This document shows positions 24,356 through 32,000 of a DNA stretch of 32,000 nt, piece after piece; position 1 is the stretch's first letter; the number at the start of each line of letters is the position of its first letter. The notes beneath the pieces are model-generated. The model saw only the letters and a list, made by a program, of their open reading frames with translations. It searched no databases and was not told the DNA's origin. This DNA comes from Candidatus Methanoperedens sp. (lineage in GTDB: Archaea; Halobacteriota; Methanosarcinia; Methanosarcinales; Methanoperedenaceae): contig JAWOKW010000020.1 of assembly GCA_033854095.1 (NCBI GenBank), forward strand, positions 2,166 to 34,165, in the 5' to 3' direction. A program made the translations under genes and the position numbers.

Positions 24356-25852
24356 ATGATTCTTAGAAAAAATATCTCTCTAAATGAGGAGTATCTACAG
24401 AAACTTGAGCCATTGATAGAAAAGCACAACGGCAATCTCAGTGCTGTCATACGTGAAGTGATTGACCTTGCAGATGCTGCATTTCAGGATCCTGATTCTG
24501 TGAAAAGGCTTATCTCAGGATTGAAAAAAGAGCAGAGCTTAACATCTCTTGCTCTTGCATGGGCGTTAAGGAACCTTGCTGGCAGAATCCCTGATGAGGA
24601 AATCGTTCACAACATTGTTGGCAACAATATCTATTCTATTTCTGCTCTTGAAGAGCGCTTGAATGAACTTGCAGGAGAAATCTACTGGGGCTCATCCACT
24701 AAAATCATTTCTGATGACGACAGACAGCCTAAGAATGTAACGTGCACTATAACAGGGAAGAATCCAGATATGAATAGATTTTTGGGTGCTGTTATTGCTA
24801 TATTTGCAGCGAAAAAATACGCTCTTGGTATATATAGTCTGAGAAGTGTAAATGACACTTTTGAAATAATAATGAAAAGCAGTGAAGATGGTATAAAAAG
24901 CATAGAAGAAAATTTCGGATATATGGATCCTGCTTTTCGCGAATTATACAAAAAACCTGATTTCTGGAACATCATAATACCTCTTCATGCAAAGATGAAT
25001 TATAATATGGTGACCATATCAAGACAGCTATTTGATGAAGTTTTAGGGGGCATGGCAAATCCTAAAATTTCAGCATGTTTTGAAAATTTTTTTGGTTGTC
25101 CCATACATAATATTACGTTAGAGGAGTTCTTAAAAAAAATGCAGGTTCTTTATAAGTCTATGGGTTTAATTGAAGATATGAACATCAATAAAGACTCTCT
25201 GATAATACACCATGGGCTCAACAATCCTGATGCTATCAAAAAATTGGCTGATATGTTTGTAGAATTATTAAATTTGAGTGGTCAGACATACACTTCCACG
25301 GTCGGTGAAAACCTTATCGTACTGAAACCCCTGCCAGCAGTGGGCAAAATACTTATAAAAATAATAGAGGATTTTAAACCAGTCGAAGAGCCTATTGAGA
25401 ACCATCATAAAGATATCATTAGAATGCTTGACATGCTTAAAAACGTGCCTTCAAATGAAGAATTCATAAAATCTCTTGGCAGGAAATTTGGAAAAAGGAT
25501 GATACAGACTTATGAAAAAGATAAAAAGATAGATAAGTGGGATGCACAGAGCTTTATCAAATGTATGCAGGACATGAGTGTGATTTTCAATCAGGAATCT
25601 AAATGGGAAATTGTCAGCGAAAATGTCATTTATGGCAAAATCAGCACCTGTCCATTGATAAAAGGTGAAGAAAAAATCAACTCCATGAACTGTACATTTA
25701 TAAAGGGGATATTCGATGAATGGATATCGCATGTGTTCGGCGAACAGGTAGAACGGGTTCATGCAATGCCAACAGCCTTTGACTTTTGCGAGGCTTATGT
25801 TGCATTTGACAGGATAAACAGAAATTGGCAGGATAAAAAGTTAGCCCCTTAA
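24356..25852 (+). CDS. RHH-like N-terminus + V4R-like C-terminal domain protein (putative ligand-sensing regulator), paralog 2
   Basis: 498 aa from ATG 24356. The N-terminus MILRKNISLNEEYLQKLEPLIEKHNGNLSAVIREVIDLA matches paralog 1 at 20 of its first 39 residues. Shared blocks are NYNMVTI, I/LNxDSxIxxH, LKNxP...LGxxxGxxxxQxYEK...W and ESxWxx. The Cys triad C-x13-C-x31-C compares with C-x13-C-x33-C in paralog 1. Confidence 0.7.
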   Translation: MILRKNISLNEEYLQKLEPLIEKHNGNLSAVIREVIDLADAAFQDPDSVKRLISGLKKEQSLTSLALAWALRNLAGRIPDEEIVHNIVGNNIYSISALEERLNELAGEIYWGSSTKIISDDDRQPKNVTCTITGKNPDMNRFLGAVIAIFAAKKYALGIYSLRSVNDTFEIIMKSSEDGIKSIEENFGYMDPAFRELYKKPDFWNIIIPLHAKMNYNMVTISRQLFDEVLGGMANPKISACFENFFGCPIHNITLEEFLKKMQVLYKSMGLIEDMNINKDSLIIHHGLNNPDAIKKLADMFVELLNLSGQTYTSTVGENLIVLKPLPAVGKILIKIIEDFKPVEEPIENHHKDIIRMLDMLKNVPSNEEFIKSLGRKFGKRMIQTYEKDKKIDKWDAQSFIKCMQDMSVIFNQESKWEIVSENVIYGKISTCPLIKGEEKINSMNCTFIKGIFDEWISHVFGEQVERVHAMPTAFDFCEAYVAFDRINRNWQDKKLAP

Positions 25853-27280
25853 CCTGGTTTTTCTATAGTTCCTTATTTCCTCAAGTACCCTTTTATCGAT
25901 TGTTCCTGGCTCTGTCATCGATCTGGCATCAAGTATTTCGTTCAGGTATCTCTGGGGAATGATATCCTTTTCAATCAGTACTTGCTTCAGGGATTTATTC
26001 TCAGAAAGCGCGATCTTTACGATATCTGCCACATTCTCGTACCCGATATAAGGATTAAGCACTGTCGCCAGACACTGGCTGTTTTCAAGAAGCCATGCGC
26101 AGCGTGTCGCATCAACCCGAATGCCTGATACGCATTTCTCACGCAGCATCCTGATAGTGTTTGTTAAAAGTTCTATGCCCCACAATAAATCAAAGGCTAT
26201 AAGCGGTGTCATCACGTTGAGTTCAAGCTGTCCTGCTTCTGCTGCAAGGGTTACTGCATGGTCGTTGCCTATGACCTGAAAACATACCATGTTCACAGCT
26301 TCAGGAATGGATGGATTGATTTTTCCTGGCATTATCGAAGAGCCAGGCTCCACTTCAGGCAGGACTATCTCAGAAATCCCGGCTTTTGGACCTGAGTTCA
26401 GAAGACGCAGGTCATTTGAGACCTTGTTGAGTTCAACAGCCAGTATCCTTATGGAATTGGAGAGCTCAACAAAACCTGTCATACTCCATGAGAGCATCAC
26501 GCTGTTGCCTGGATAAAACTCAAAACCTGTCAATTCCCTCAATTCAGAAAGTATAGTCTTTTTAAAATTCGGGTGGGTATTGATACCTGTCCCAACCGCT
26601 GTGCCGCCTATGCTCAGTTCAAGCATGCTTTTTTCTGCATTTTGAATTCTTTCAATACATTTTTCTAAGGCTGATGCGTATCCTTCAAAAACCTGACCAT
26701 ATCTTACAGGCACTGCATCTTCAAGATGAGTCCGTCCCACCTTGATTACACTCTCGTATTCCTTTGCTTTGTCACGAAATGCGCCAGTTATTTCTTTAAG
26801 TTCCCTGAAAAGAGGAGGCAGTGTTAAAAGCACGCTCAACCTGATTGCAGTAGGAATTACATCATTGGATGACTGCGCCATATTGACGTGGTTATTTGGA
26901 TGAACGATATGGTAGTCGCCAGGCTTTCCTCCCAGTTTTTTAATCGCAGCATTGGCAATGACCTCATTGGTGTTCATATTGAACGGTGTGCCTGCGCCTG
27001 CCTGAAATACGTCGAGTATGAATTCATCCCTGTATTTTCCTGCGATGACCTCGTCAGATGCCTGTACTATCGCATTTCCAATTTTTTTATCAAGCATGCC
27101 AAGTTTCATGTTCGTCAGAGCTGCTGCTTTTTTTATGATGACTATAGAGGTTATGAACTCAGGCTTTGCTTTTATGCCGCTGATCTTGAAATTATTAAAA
27201 GCGCGTGTTGTGAACGCACCGTAGAGTACGTTGTCAGGAACCTCTATCTCGCCAAGGCTGTCTTTTTCGATTCTACCCAT
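25841..27280 (-). CDS. aspartate ammonia-lyase / class II fumarate hydratase family lyase
   Basis: The signature GSSIMPGKINP and the motif SQSSNDV are present, with the N-terminus RIEKDSLGEIEVPDNVLYGAFTTRAFNNFKIS. The QAGAGT block looks aspartase-like while QSSND looks fumarase-like, so substrate specificity is unresolved. The 3' end overlaps paralog 2 by 12 bp (convergent). Confidence 0.9.
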   Translation of the reverse strand: MGRIEKDSLGEIEVPDNVLYGAFTTRAFNNFKISGIKAKPEFITSIVIIKKAAALTNMKLGMLDKKIGNAIVQASDEVIAGKYRDEFILDVFQAGAGTPFNMNTNEVIANAAIKKLGGKPGDYHIVHPNNHVNMAQSSNDVIPTAIRLSVLLTLPPLFRELKEITGAFRDKAKEYESVIKVGRTHLEDAVPVRYGQVFEGYASALEKCIERIQNAEKSMLELSIGGTAVGTGINTHPNFKKTILSELRELTGFEFYPGNSVMLSWSMTGFVELSNSIRILAVELNKVSNDLRLLNSGPKAGISEIVLPEVEPGSSIMPGKINPSIPEAVNMVCFQVIGNDHAVTLAAEAGQLELNVMTPLIAFDLLWGIELLTNTIRMLREKCVSGIRVDATRCAWLLENSQCLATVLNPYIGYENVADIVKIALSENKSLKQVLIEKDIIPQRYLNEILDARSMTEPGTIDKRVLEEIRNYRKTRLRG

Positions 27281-27524
27281 TTTAATCCCGCCGCATAACT
27301 TCAGATAATATATTTATAAATCTGAACAGGCAAAACCCATATAGCGTCACCGGTTAATATATTTTATCCACTCTAAAGGTCGACCAATATATATTTATAC
27401 GATAAGTTACATACCACGGCGATGTGGAGGTCAGCCAACAGATCCTGTTTGTTCTCAATTTTTGCAACATCGACAAAGTTCACATTGATATGTATGGCAT
27501 TGATTTATCAAAGGACGTAATCTA

Positions 27525-28040
27525 ATGAGTCAGCCTCAAGTCTCTGATTCATCGAGAACTCCGCAAGCAAAATCTGAACAGGTAATCACCGTTCAACATC
27601 TTGTGAAAAGATACAGAGAGTTCGTGGCTGTTAACGACATTTCTTTCTCGATAAGGGAAAAGGAGATCTTTGGAATCATTGGACCCAATGGTGCAGGCAA
27701 GACCACCACGGTGGAGTGCATTTCTGGGCTTCGCGTGCCGGATTCTGGTTCAATCAGCATCTATGGGCTTTCTCCGCAGAAGGATAGGAACAGGACGAGA
27801 GAGTTTGTTGGCGTTCAGTTACAGGAAAGCGCGCTACCTCCACGCCTCAAGGTGGGAGAAGCGGTGAGACTCTTTGCTTCCTTCTATCCAGACCCACTGG
27901 ACCCGAACGAACTACTCGAATCATTGGGAATCAAGAAAGCAGAGAGATTGTGCGATCGCCTTGCCCTCATTAATTTCTATGGATGCGTTGTGTTTAGGCT
28001 TATATTGGATCATTGCTCATACCCTCATAATACAGCATAG
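27525..28040 (+). pseudogene. truncated ABC transporter ATP-binding protein (N-terminal half only)
   Basis: Walker A GPNGAGKTT and the Q-loop region (VGVQLQESALPPRLKV) are present. Homology ends near residue 140 (...LLESLGIKKAE, about nt 27945). No LSGGQ signature, Walker B or H-loop follows; the remaining roughly 30 codons look like read-through into unrelated sequence. Confidence 0.7.
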
Positions 28041-28237
28041 TATATCAAAGGAACTACTGCCAAAATGTGCGCCTAACTTTCAGCGTTAAATAAGTTTTTC
28101 TGGCTTCCTATCGCCTTTCGAGAGCATTATAACAAGCGTGGATGCAATGACGCGTTCCGAAGCTCGCCTTGGACCTAATAGACTGCTTCGACGGTATGGA
28201 CATCCTTCAGCCTGAGGATCATGATTATATGTATCAA

Positions 28238-28423
28238 CTATACGATATTTAAGTATCTGTTATCAATCTGTATTTTTGCCATTTCCACAGCACATTTTGT
28301 ATAATCCTTCCTGTTTATCCTTCCCTTTGTCAACCAGCCAATAATTCCTTCTCTGTACCCGATATCGGGTTTGCCTGAGATGGAAGAAAAAGCCTCTGAA
28401 ATGGTTATCCCTTCATTTATCAC
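28238..28423 (-). pseudogene. C-terminal fragment of a YjjX/DUF84-type (inosine/xanthosine) NTPase-like protein
   Basis: ISEAFSSISGKPDIGYREGIIGWLTKGRINRKDY aligns by eye with the E. coli YjjX C-terminus ([36 protein letters not shown]). The N-terminal ~110 aa of the family are absent. The same frame hits a stop at 28508-28510, and the upstream DNA is occupied by an unrelated ORF in another frame. Confidence 0.4.
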
Positions 28424-28931
28424 TGTTTTTAAAGAATTTGATGAAGTATTTCCACCCTGTCTTGCAGAGATGTTTCCTTTTCTGCGGGTCTTTCCTGACC
28501 CAGTCCATCAAATAGAAGAACTGCGCCTTGTATTCATCCACGGTTTCCTCAACAATCCGCGGTGGGTTCGGGACACCAAGCCTGCGAAGATATTCGATGA
28601 ACAGCTCTTCTCCTTTTTGCTGGGCGCTGCCATCGATTTTCATAACAGTGAGCCTGTAACCTTCATTTTTCAGCCATTCTACTGTTTTATCATGGATGCA
28701 GCCAGAACATATCTCTATTTCTTCATCTTTCGGGACATTTAGCTTTATGAATCCCTGTTCTACGATATCTCTGGCAGACGCAAGATAGGTCTTCCTTTTA
28801 AATGTATGTACGTTGAAATGCTCAATCGGGACTACATCGTAATATATCTCTTCGGTCTCTTTACGCAGGACAATGATACCTACTCCTCCAACAGGCGTGC
28901 CCCATCCCTGGTCATCTATCTGAATTGTCAT
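28413..28931 (-). CDS. hypothetical protein
   Basis: 172-aa ORF lying 44 nt downstream of kptA on the same strand. The N-terminus TIQIDDQGWGTPVGGVGIIVL is faintly reminiscent of the first strands of an RNase H-like fold (D-x-x-G-x-G), but no family was recognised. Confidence 0.55.
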   Translation of the reverse strand: MTIQIDDQGWGTPVGGVGIIVLRKETEEIYYDVVPIEHFNVHTFKRKTYLASARDIVEQGFIKLNVPKDEEIEICSGCIHDKTVEWLKNEGYRLTVMKIDGSAQQKGEELFIEYLRRLGVPNPPRIVEETVDEYKAQFFYLMDWVRKDPQKRKHLCKTGWKYFIKFFKNSDK

Positions 28932-28975
28932 GGTCTTGATTTGACAGCGTGTTTGTATTTAATTCTGTCCTTACG

Positions 28976-29593
28976 TCAAGATATCAAACACAAATACTTG
29001 GGCGGTATCTCCTCTGAAAGGACTATGCTTTCAGTAGCTGACAGCATTGCTACGCCATTTTTCTGGGCTTCTTTTGCATCTATTCTTATCATAACAGGGT
29101 CATCTGTATGGATTCTTGCTACTTCCTGCGCTTTCTCAATCGATGTGCTCAGATGGACATATCTCTGTTTTATTGGTTTTATCCCTTTTTCAAGCAGGAT
29201 ATCCACTTCTTCACGGCTGGCTCCGTAATAAAGCTCAGGAAGCGTGTTTTCAGGATAATCAAGGTCGATATCTACAGAATGCCCATACCTCGCCCGAATT
29301 TTCCTGCCCTGTATTTCGTATCTCGTTTTTTCATCCGATTCGACTATTGAATAAAGTTTTTCTTTATTTGCCCATTTATAGCGCGTCCGCATAGCATCGC
29401 ACAGAACATCCACATCGACCCAGCCGTGCTGGTTCATAGCCAGACCAAGGTCGTCAGGGAAATGCCGCAGTGCTCCTGAAATAAAACGCCCAAGCCGCTC
29501 TGTCTGGTCATCATCCAGTATCAGGTTTCCTGCATCACCACAATGGCATGAATCTCCCCTGAAGTATCCGTGGACCGAACATTTTTTAATCAT
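28976..29593 (-). CDS. kptA: RNA 2'-phosphotransferase (Tpt1/KptA family)
   Basis: RFISGALRHFPDDLGLAMNQHGWVDV, IRARYGHSVDI and QRYVHLS are Tpt1 hallmarks. ATG 29593 (MIKKCSVHGYF) is preferred over the track's start at 29671. Confidence 0.85.
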   Translation of the reverse strand: MIKKCSVHGYFRGDSCHCGDAGNLILDDDQTERLGRFISGALRHFPDDLGLAMNQHGWVDVDVLCDAMRTRYKWANKEKLYSIVESDEKTRYEIQGRKIRARYGHSVDIDLDYPENTLPELYYGASREEVDILLEKGIKPIKQRYVHLSTSIEKAQEVARIHTDDPVMIRIDAKEAQKNGVAMLSATESIVLSEEIPPKYLCLIS

Positions 29594-29688
29594 CTCTGTG
29601 CCTATATGAATCAGCAAGTTATAAAATTTACCGCAATATTGATTTACTATCCGAACAAAATAACATATCATCGGGAGAGGAAAAAATA

Positions 29689-30798
29689 ATGGACATCACT
29701 GACAATGTATTCGAAACTGTTGATGAGATCGGACCTGAAAAAATTGTTTTTTTATATGAGCCTGTAACAAAAATAAAAGGTGTCGTAGTTGTTGATAATG
29801 TGGCTGCTGGACCTGCTGTTGGCGGCGTCAGGATGGAGCCTGACGTAACCATTACTGAAGTCAGAAGGCTTGCCCGTGCGATGACATATAAAAATGCCAT
29901 GGCAAGTCTTCCTCACGGAGGAGGAAAATCAGGGATCATAGCTGACCCAAAGAGCTTGAATAAGGAGCAGGTGATCAGGGCTTTTGCCCGTGCAATAAAA
30001 AATATCAAGGAATACATCCCAGGACCTGATATGGGAACCGACGAGACCAGCATGGCATATATTTATGATGAAAACTCCCGTGCCGTGGGACTGCCAAGAG
30101 AACTTGGCGGGATACCACTTGATGAAGTAGGTATAACAGGGTATGGTGTGGCAGAGTGTACTGATGTAGCAAAAGATTATATCAACCTTGACCTGAATGG
30201 AGCACGCCTTACTATCGAAGGGTTTGGGAATGTCGGACAGCCTACAGCGCGTTTTCTTGCTGAAAAGGGCACAAAACTCATCGCTGTAAGCGACTCAAAA
30301 GGTACGATTTATAGTCCACGGGGCATAGATGTTGATGAACTGATACGGGTTAAAGATGCTACAGGCTCGGTAATAAATTATAAGAGCGGCGAAGTATTGA
30401 AAACCACAGACCTGCCCACAATAAGTACTGATATTTTTATCCCTGCTGCGCGTCCTGATGTAATAACTGAAGCCAACTCTGATGTGCTTGACGCGAAATT
30501 GGTCATCGAAGGCGCAAATATCCCTGTTACTGAAGCTGCTGAGAAGATGCTTCACGATAGAGGAATCCTCATTGTCCCTGATTTCGTAGCCAATGCAGGC
30601 GGAGTTATAGCCGGTGCTGTTGAATATCACGGGGGGACCGAGAAAGCAGCCTTTGACAGGGTAGACAGCACTATTCCCAGGAACACAAAAGAGATACTTG
30701 ATAAGGTGTACGGTGAAAAAATGTATCCAAGGGAAGCTGCTGTCGAGATCGCAAAGCAGAGGGTGCTGCGGGCGATGAAATACAGGAAGCGGGAATAG
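29689..30798 (+). CDS. Glu/Leu/Phe/Val dehydrogenase family protein (short, 369 aa)
   Basis: The catalytic-Lys region GGVRMEP...LPHGGGKSGI and the Rossmann motif GFGNVG are present. GGAGAGG lies upstream. Confidence 0.9.
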   Translation: MDITDNVFETVDEIGPEKIVFLYEPVTKIKGVVVVDNVAAGPAVGGVRMEPDVTITEVRRLARAMTYKNAMASLPHGGGKSGIIADPKSLNKEQVIRAFARAIKNIKEYIPGPDMGTDETSMAYIYDENSRAVGLPRELGGIPLDEVGITGYGVAECTDVAKDYINLDLNGARLTIEGFGNVGQPTARFLAEKGTKLIAVSDSKGTIYSPRGIDVDELIRVKDATGSVINYKSGEVLKTTDLPTISTDIFIPAARPDVITEANSDVLDAKLVIEGANIPVTEAAEKMLHDRGILIVPDFVANAGGVIAGAVEYHGGTEKAAFDRVDSTIPRNTKEILDKVYGEKMYPREAAVEIAKQRVLRAMKYRKRE

Positions 30799-30823
30799 CT
30801 AAGAGAATCAGGGTAATTAATTC

Positions 30824-30831
30824 TTTTTTTT
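30824..30831 (+). terminator. oligo-T tract downstream of the dehydrogenase gene
   Basis: A run of 8 T lies 26 nt after the stop, in the 38-bp convergent spacer. Archaeal termination typically uses oligo-T. Confidence 0.35.
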
Positions 30832-30836
30832 CTGCC

Positions 30837-32000
30837 TCAGCTGAAAAGATATACTTCCACCTGTTCGCCTTTTTCAATATCTCTATCTGTTATAACATAC
30901 CCATCCACGATGACAGAGCGGGGCGAGGCAGAGATGATGGCAGTCTCATATTCCTTCTCAAACAGGTTCATGGCTGAATTCCTATACCCCATGGTGTTTG
31001 CCGTGTTTTGTTCTATTTTCACGAACAGTATGTAGTTAAAACCTTTCTCCTGCAGCATTATATCCTCATTTATCGTAAGCATGCGCGTTGCTCTGGGGAT
31101 ATCTGTAAAATAACTGCGCACAACCATCTCAAGAGCTGCGAATGCTCCTGTGGGCTTGCCCGGAAGGCTAAATACTGGCTTATTGTTGATTATCCCAACA
31201 GCAACCGGCTTTCCTGGGCGGATTGCAACCCTGTGGAATACAGTTTTGCCTGTTTCTGCAATGATATCTGCAACATAATCGCGCTCACCCACTGAGACGC
31301 CGCCTGTTGTGAAAACAGCATCGTTCTTTTCTACCGCATAAAGGAGCATGTTCTTTATTCTGTCATAATCATCAGGCACAGTGCCAATAAGTGTGGATTC
31401 GCAACCCATCTCTTTCATGAAACCCTGTATCAGCACTGCATTGGTATTTTTTATCATGCCGTTATGTATCTCCGTACCTGTGGAGATTATGCCTGTTCTG
31501 ATTTTTTTGTATACTGCGACTTTTTCAATATTAAGGCTATATAAAAGTGCAGCGCTCTGCGGCATTATGCGGTGGTTTTTCTCAAAAATCTTATCCCCAA
31601 CCCTGTAATCAGAGCCAGCACGGAACACATTTTCCCATTTTCTTAAATTTTTGCCGTAAAGGTGCTCTTTTTTAACCTCAGCATCCTCAATCTTCAGCAC
31701 AGCATCCGCACCCTGTGGAAGTAATGCGCCTGTTGCTATTGCTACAGCTTCGCCGCCTTTTATTTTGGCAATACTATCGCCTGCATATGCCCTGCCTGAT
31801 ATTTTCAGTGGATATCTATCTTCGCAGCGAACCGCAAATCCATCCATAGCTGCTATATCGAATTCAGGCGACCTAGAATGAGCGAAAATAGTTTCACTCA
31901 GTTCTCTGCCTATAGAGTCATTAAGGCTGACCTGCTCTGATTCACGCCTGAAGTAAAAATCGCTCTTTAAATCTTTTACTTTTTCAAGTGCTTCTCTAAG
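30837..32000 (-). CDS. moeA: molybdopterin molybdenumtransferase MoeA (5' end beyond the window)
   Basis: The AMDGFAV motif is present, together with an MoaB/MogA-like domain (IISTGTEI...FTTGGVSVGERDY) and RVAIRPGKP. The reading frame stays open upstream of the track's Met at 31847 up to nt 32000 (LREALEKVKDL...SRSPEFDIAAMDGFAV), so the gene is truncated by the window edge. Confidence 0.85.
   Translation of the reverse strand, partial: LREALEKVKDLKSDFYFRRESEQVSLNDSIGRELSETIFAHSRSPEFDIAAMDGFAVRCEDRYPLKISGRAYAGDSIAKIKGGEAVAIATGALLPQGADAVLKIEDAEVKKEHLYGKNLRKWENVFRAGSDYRVGDKIFEKNHRIMPQSAALLYSLNIEKVAVYKKIRTGIISTGTEIHNGMIKNTNAVLIQGFMKEMGCESTLIGTVPDDYDRIKNMLLYAVEKNDAVFTTGGVSVGERDYVADIIAETGKTVFHRVAIRPGKPVAVGIINNKPVFSLPGKPTGAFAALEMVVRSYFTDIPRATRMLTINEDIMLQEKGFNYILFVKIEQNTANTMGYRNSAMNLFEKEYETAIISASPRSVIVDGYVITDRDIEKGEQVEVYLFS

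Noticed and set aside
1-32000. tRNA, rRNA, transposase/IS, integrase, toxin-antitoxin or recognisable defence-system genes
   Set aside because: I scanned the intergenic regions and all track ORFs and saw no cloverleaf-like sequences, rRNA-like stretches, DDE or tyrosine-recombinase motifs, or defence-gene signatures. None is claimed.

Overview
This 32-kb window looks like a chromosomal segment of a euryarchaeon. Archaea-specific housekeeping genes are present: aRF1 with NIKS and GGQ motifs, RNase P subunit Rpp21, and archaeosine tRNA-guanine transglycosylase. Many genes are preceded by GGAGGTGA-type Shine-Dalgarno sequences. A membrane multiheme cytochrome module suggests a Methanosarcinales, ANME-2d or Methanoperedens-like organism, but that is inference and cannot be proven from the sequence alone. 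Most of the window is densely packed core metabolism and information processing: tgtA, a UbiD-family decarboxylase, thrC, RNase Z, enolase, rubredoxin, aRF1, an NADP-phosphatase-like gene next to NAD kinase, an AspA/FumC-family lyase, Tpt1/KptA, a Glu/Leu/Phe/Val dehydrogenase, and moeA running off the right edge. No rRNA, tRNA, transposase or CRISPR array was seen. The most unusual locus is about 20.1-25.9 kb. Two divergent paralogous proteins of about 490 aa bracket a four-gene membrane redox cluster. Each paralog has an N-terminal ribbon-helix-helix-like segment and a C-terminal V4R-like module with three conserved Cys. The cluster contains a 2-TM protein, a heptaheme c-type cytochrome with six CxxCH and one Cx4CH, an FdnI/HydC-type cytochrome b, and a DUF5658-like membrane protein. 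I propose this as a candidate ligand- or redox-sensing regulatory pair dedicated to a CbcL-like quinol:multiheme cytochrome module. Other items worth a second look are listed here. (1) An unannotated 40-aa, 9-Cys metallothionein-like gene with a perfect SD and a consensus TATA box, next to rubredoxin. (2) A solitary 37-nt CRISPR-repeat-like sequence. (3) An 88-bp composite palindrome built from ACGGAT/ATCCGT units between cistrons of an incomplete Opp/Dpp-type ABC operon. (4) A secreted protein of four tandem repeats whose last two repeats are nearly identical at the DNA level. (5) A gene-decay junction holding a truncated ABC ATPase and an NTPase fragment. All family assignments come from motif recognition by eye; no database search was possible.
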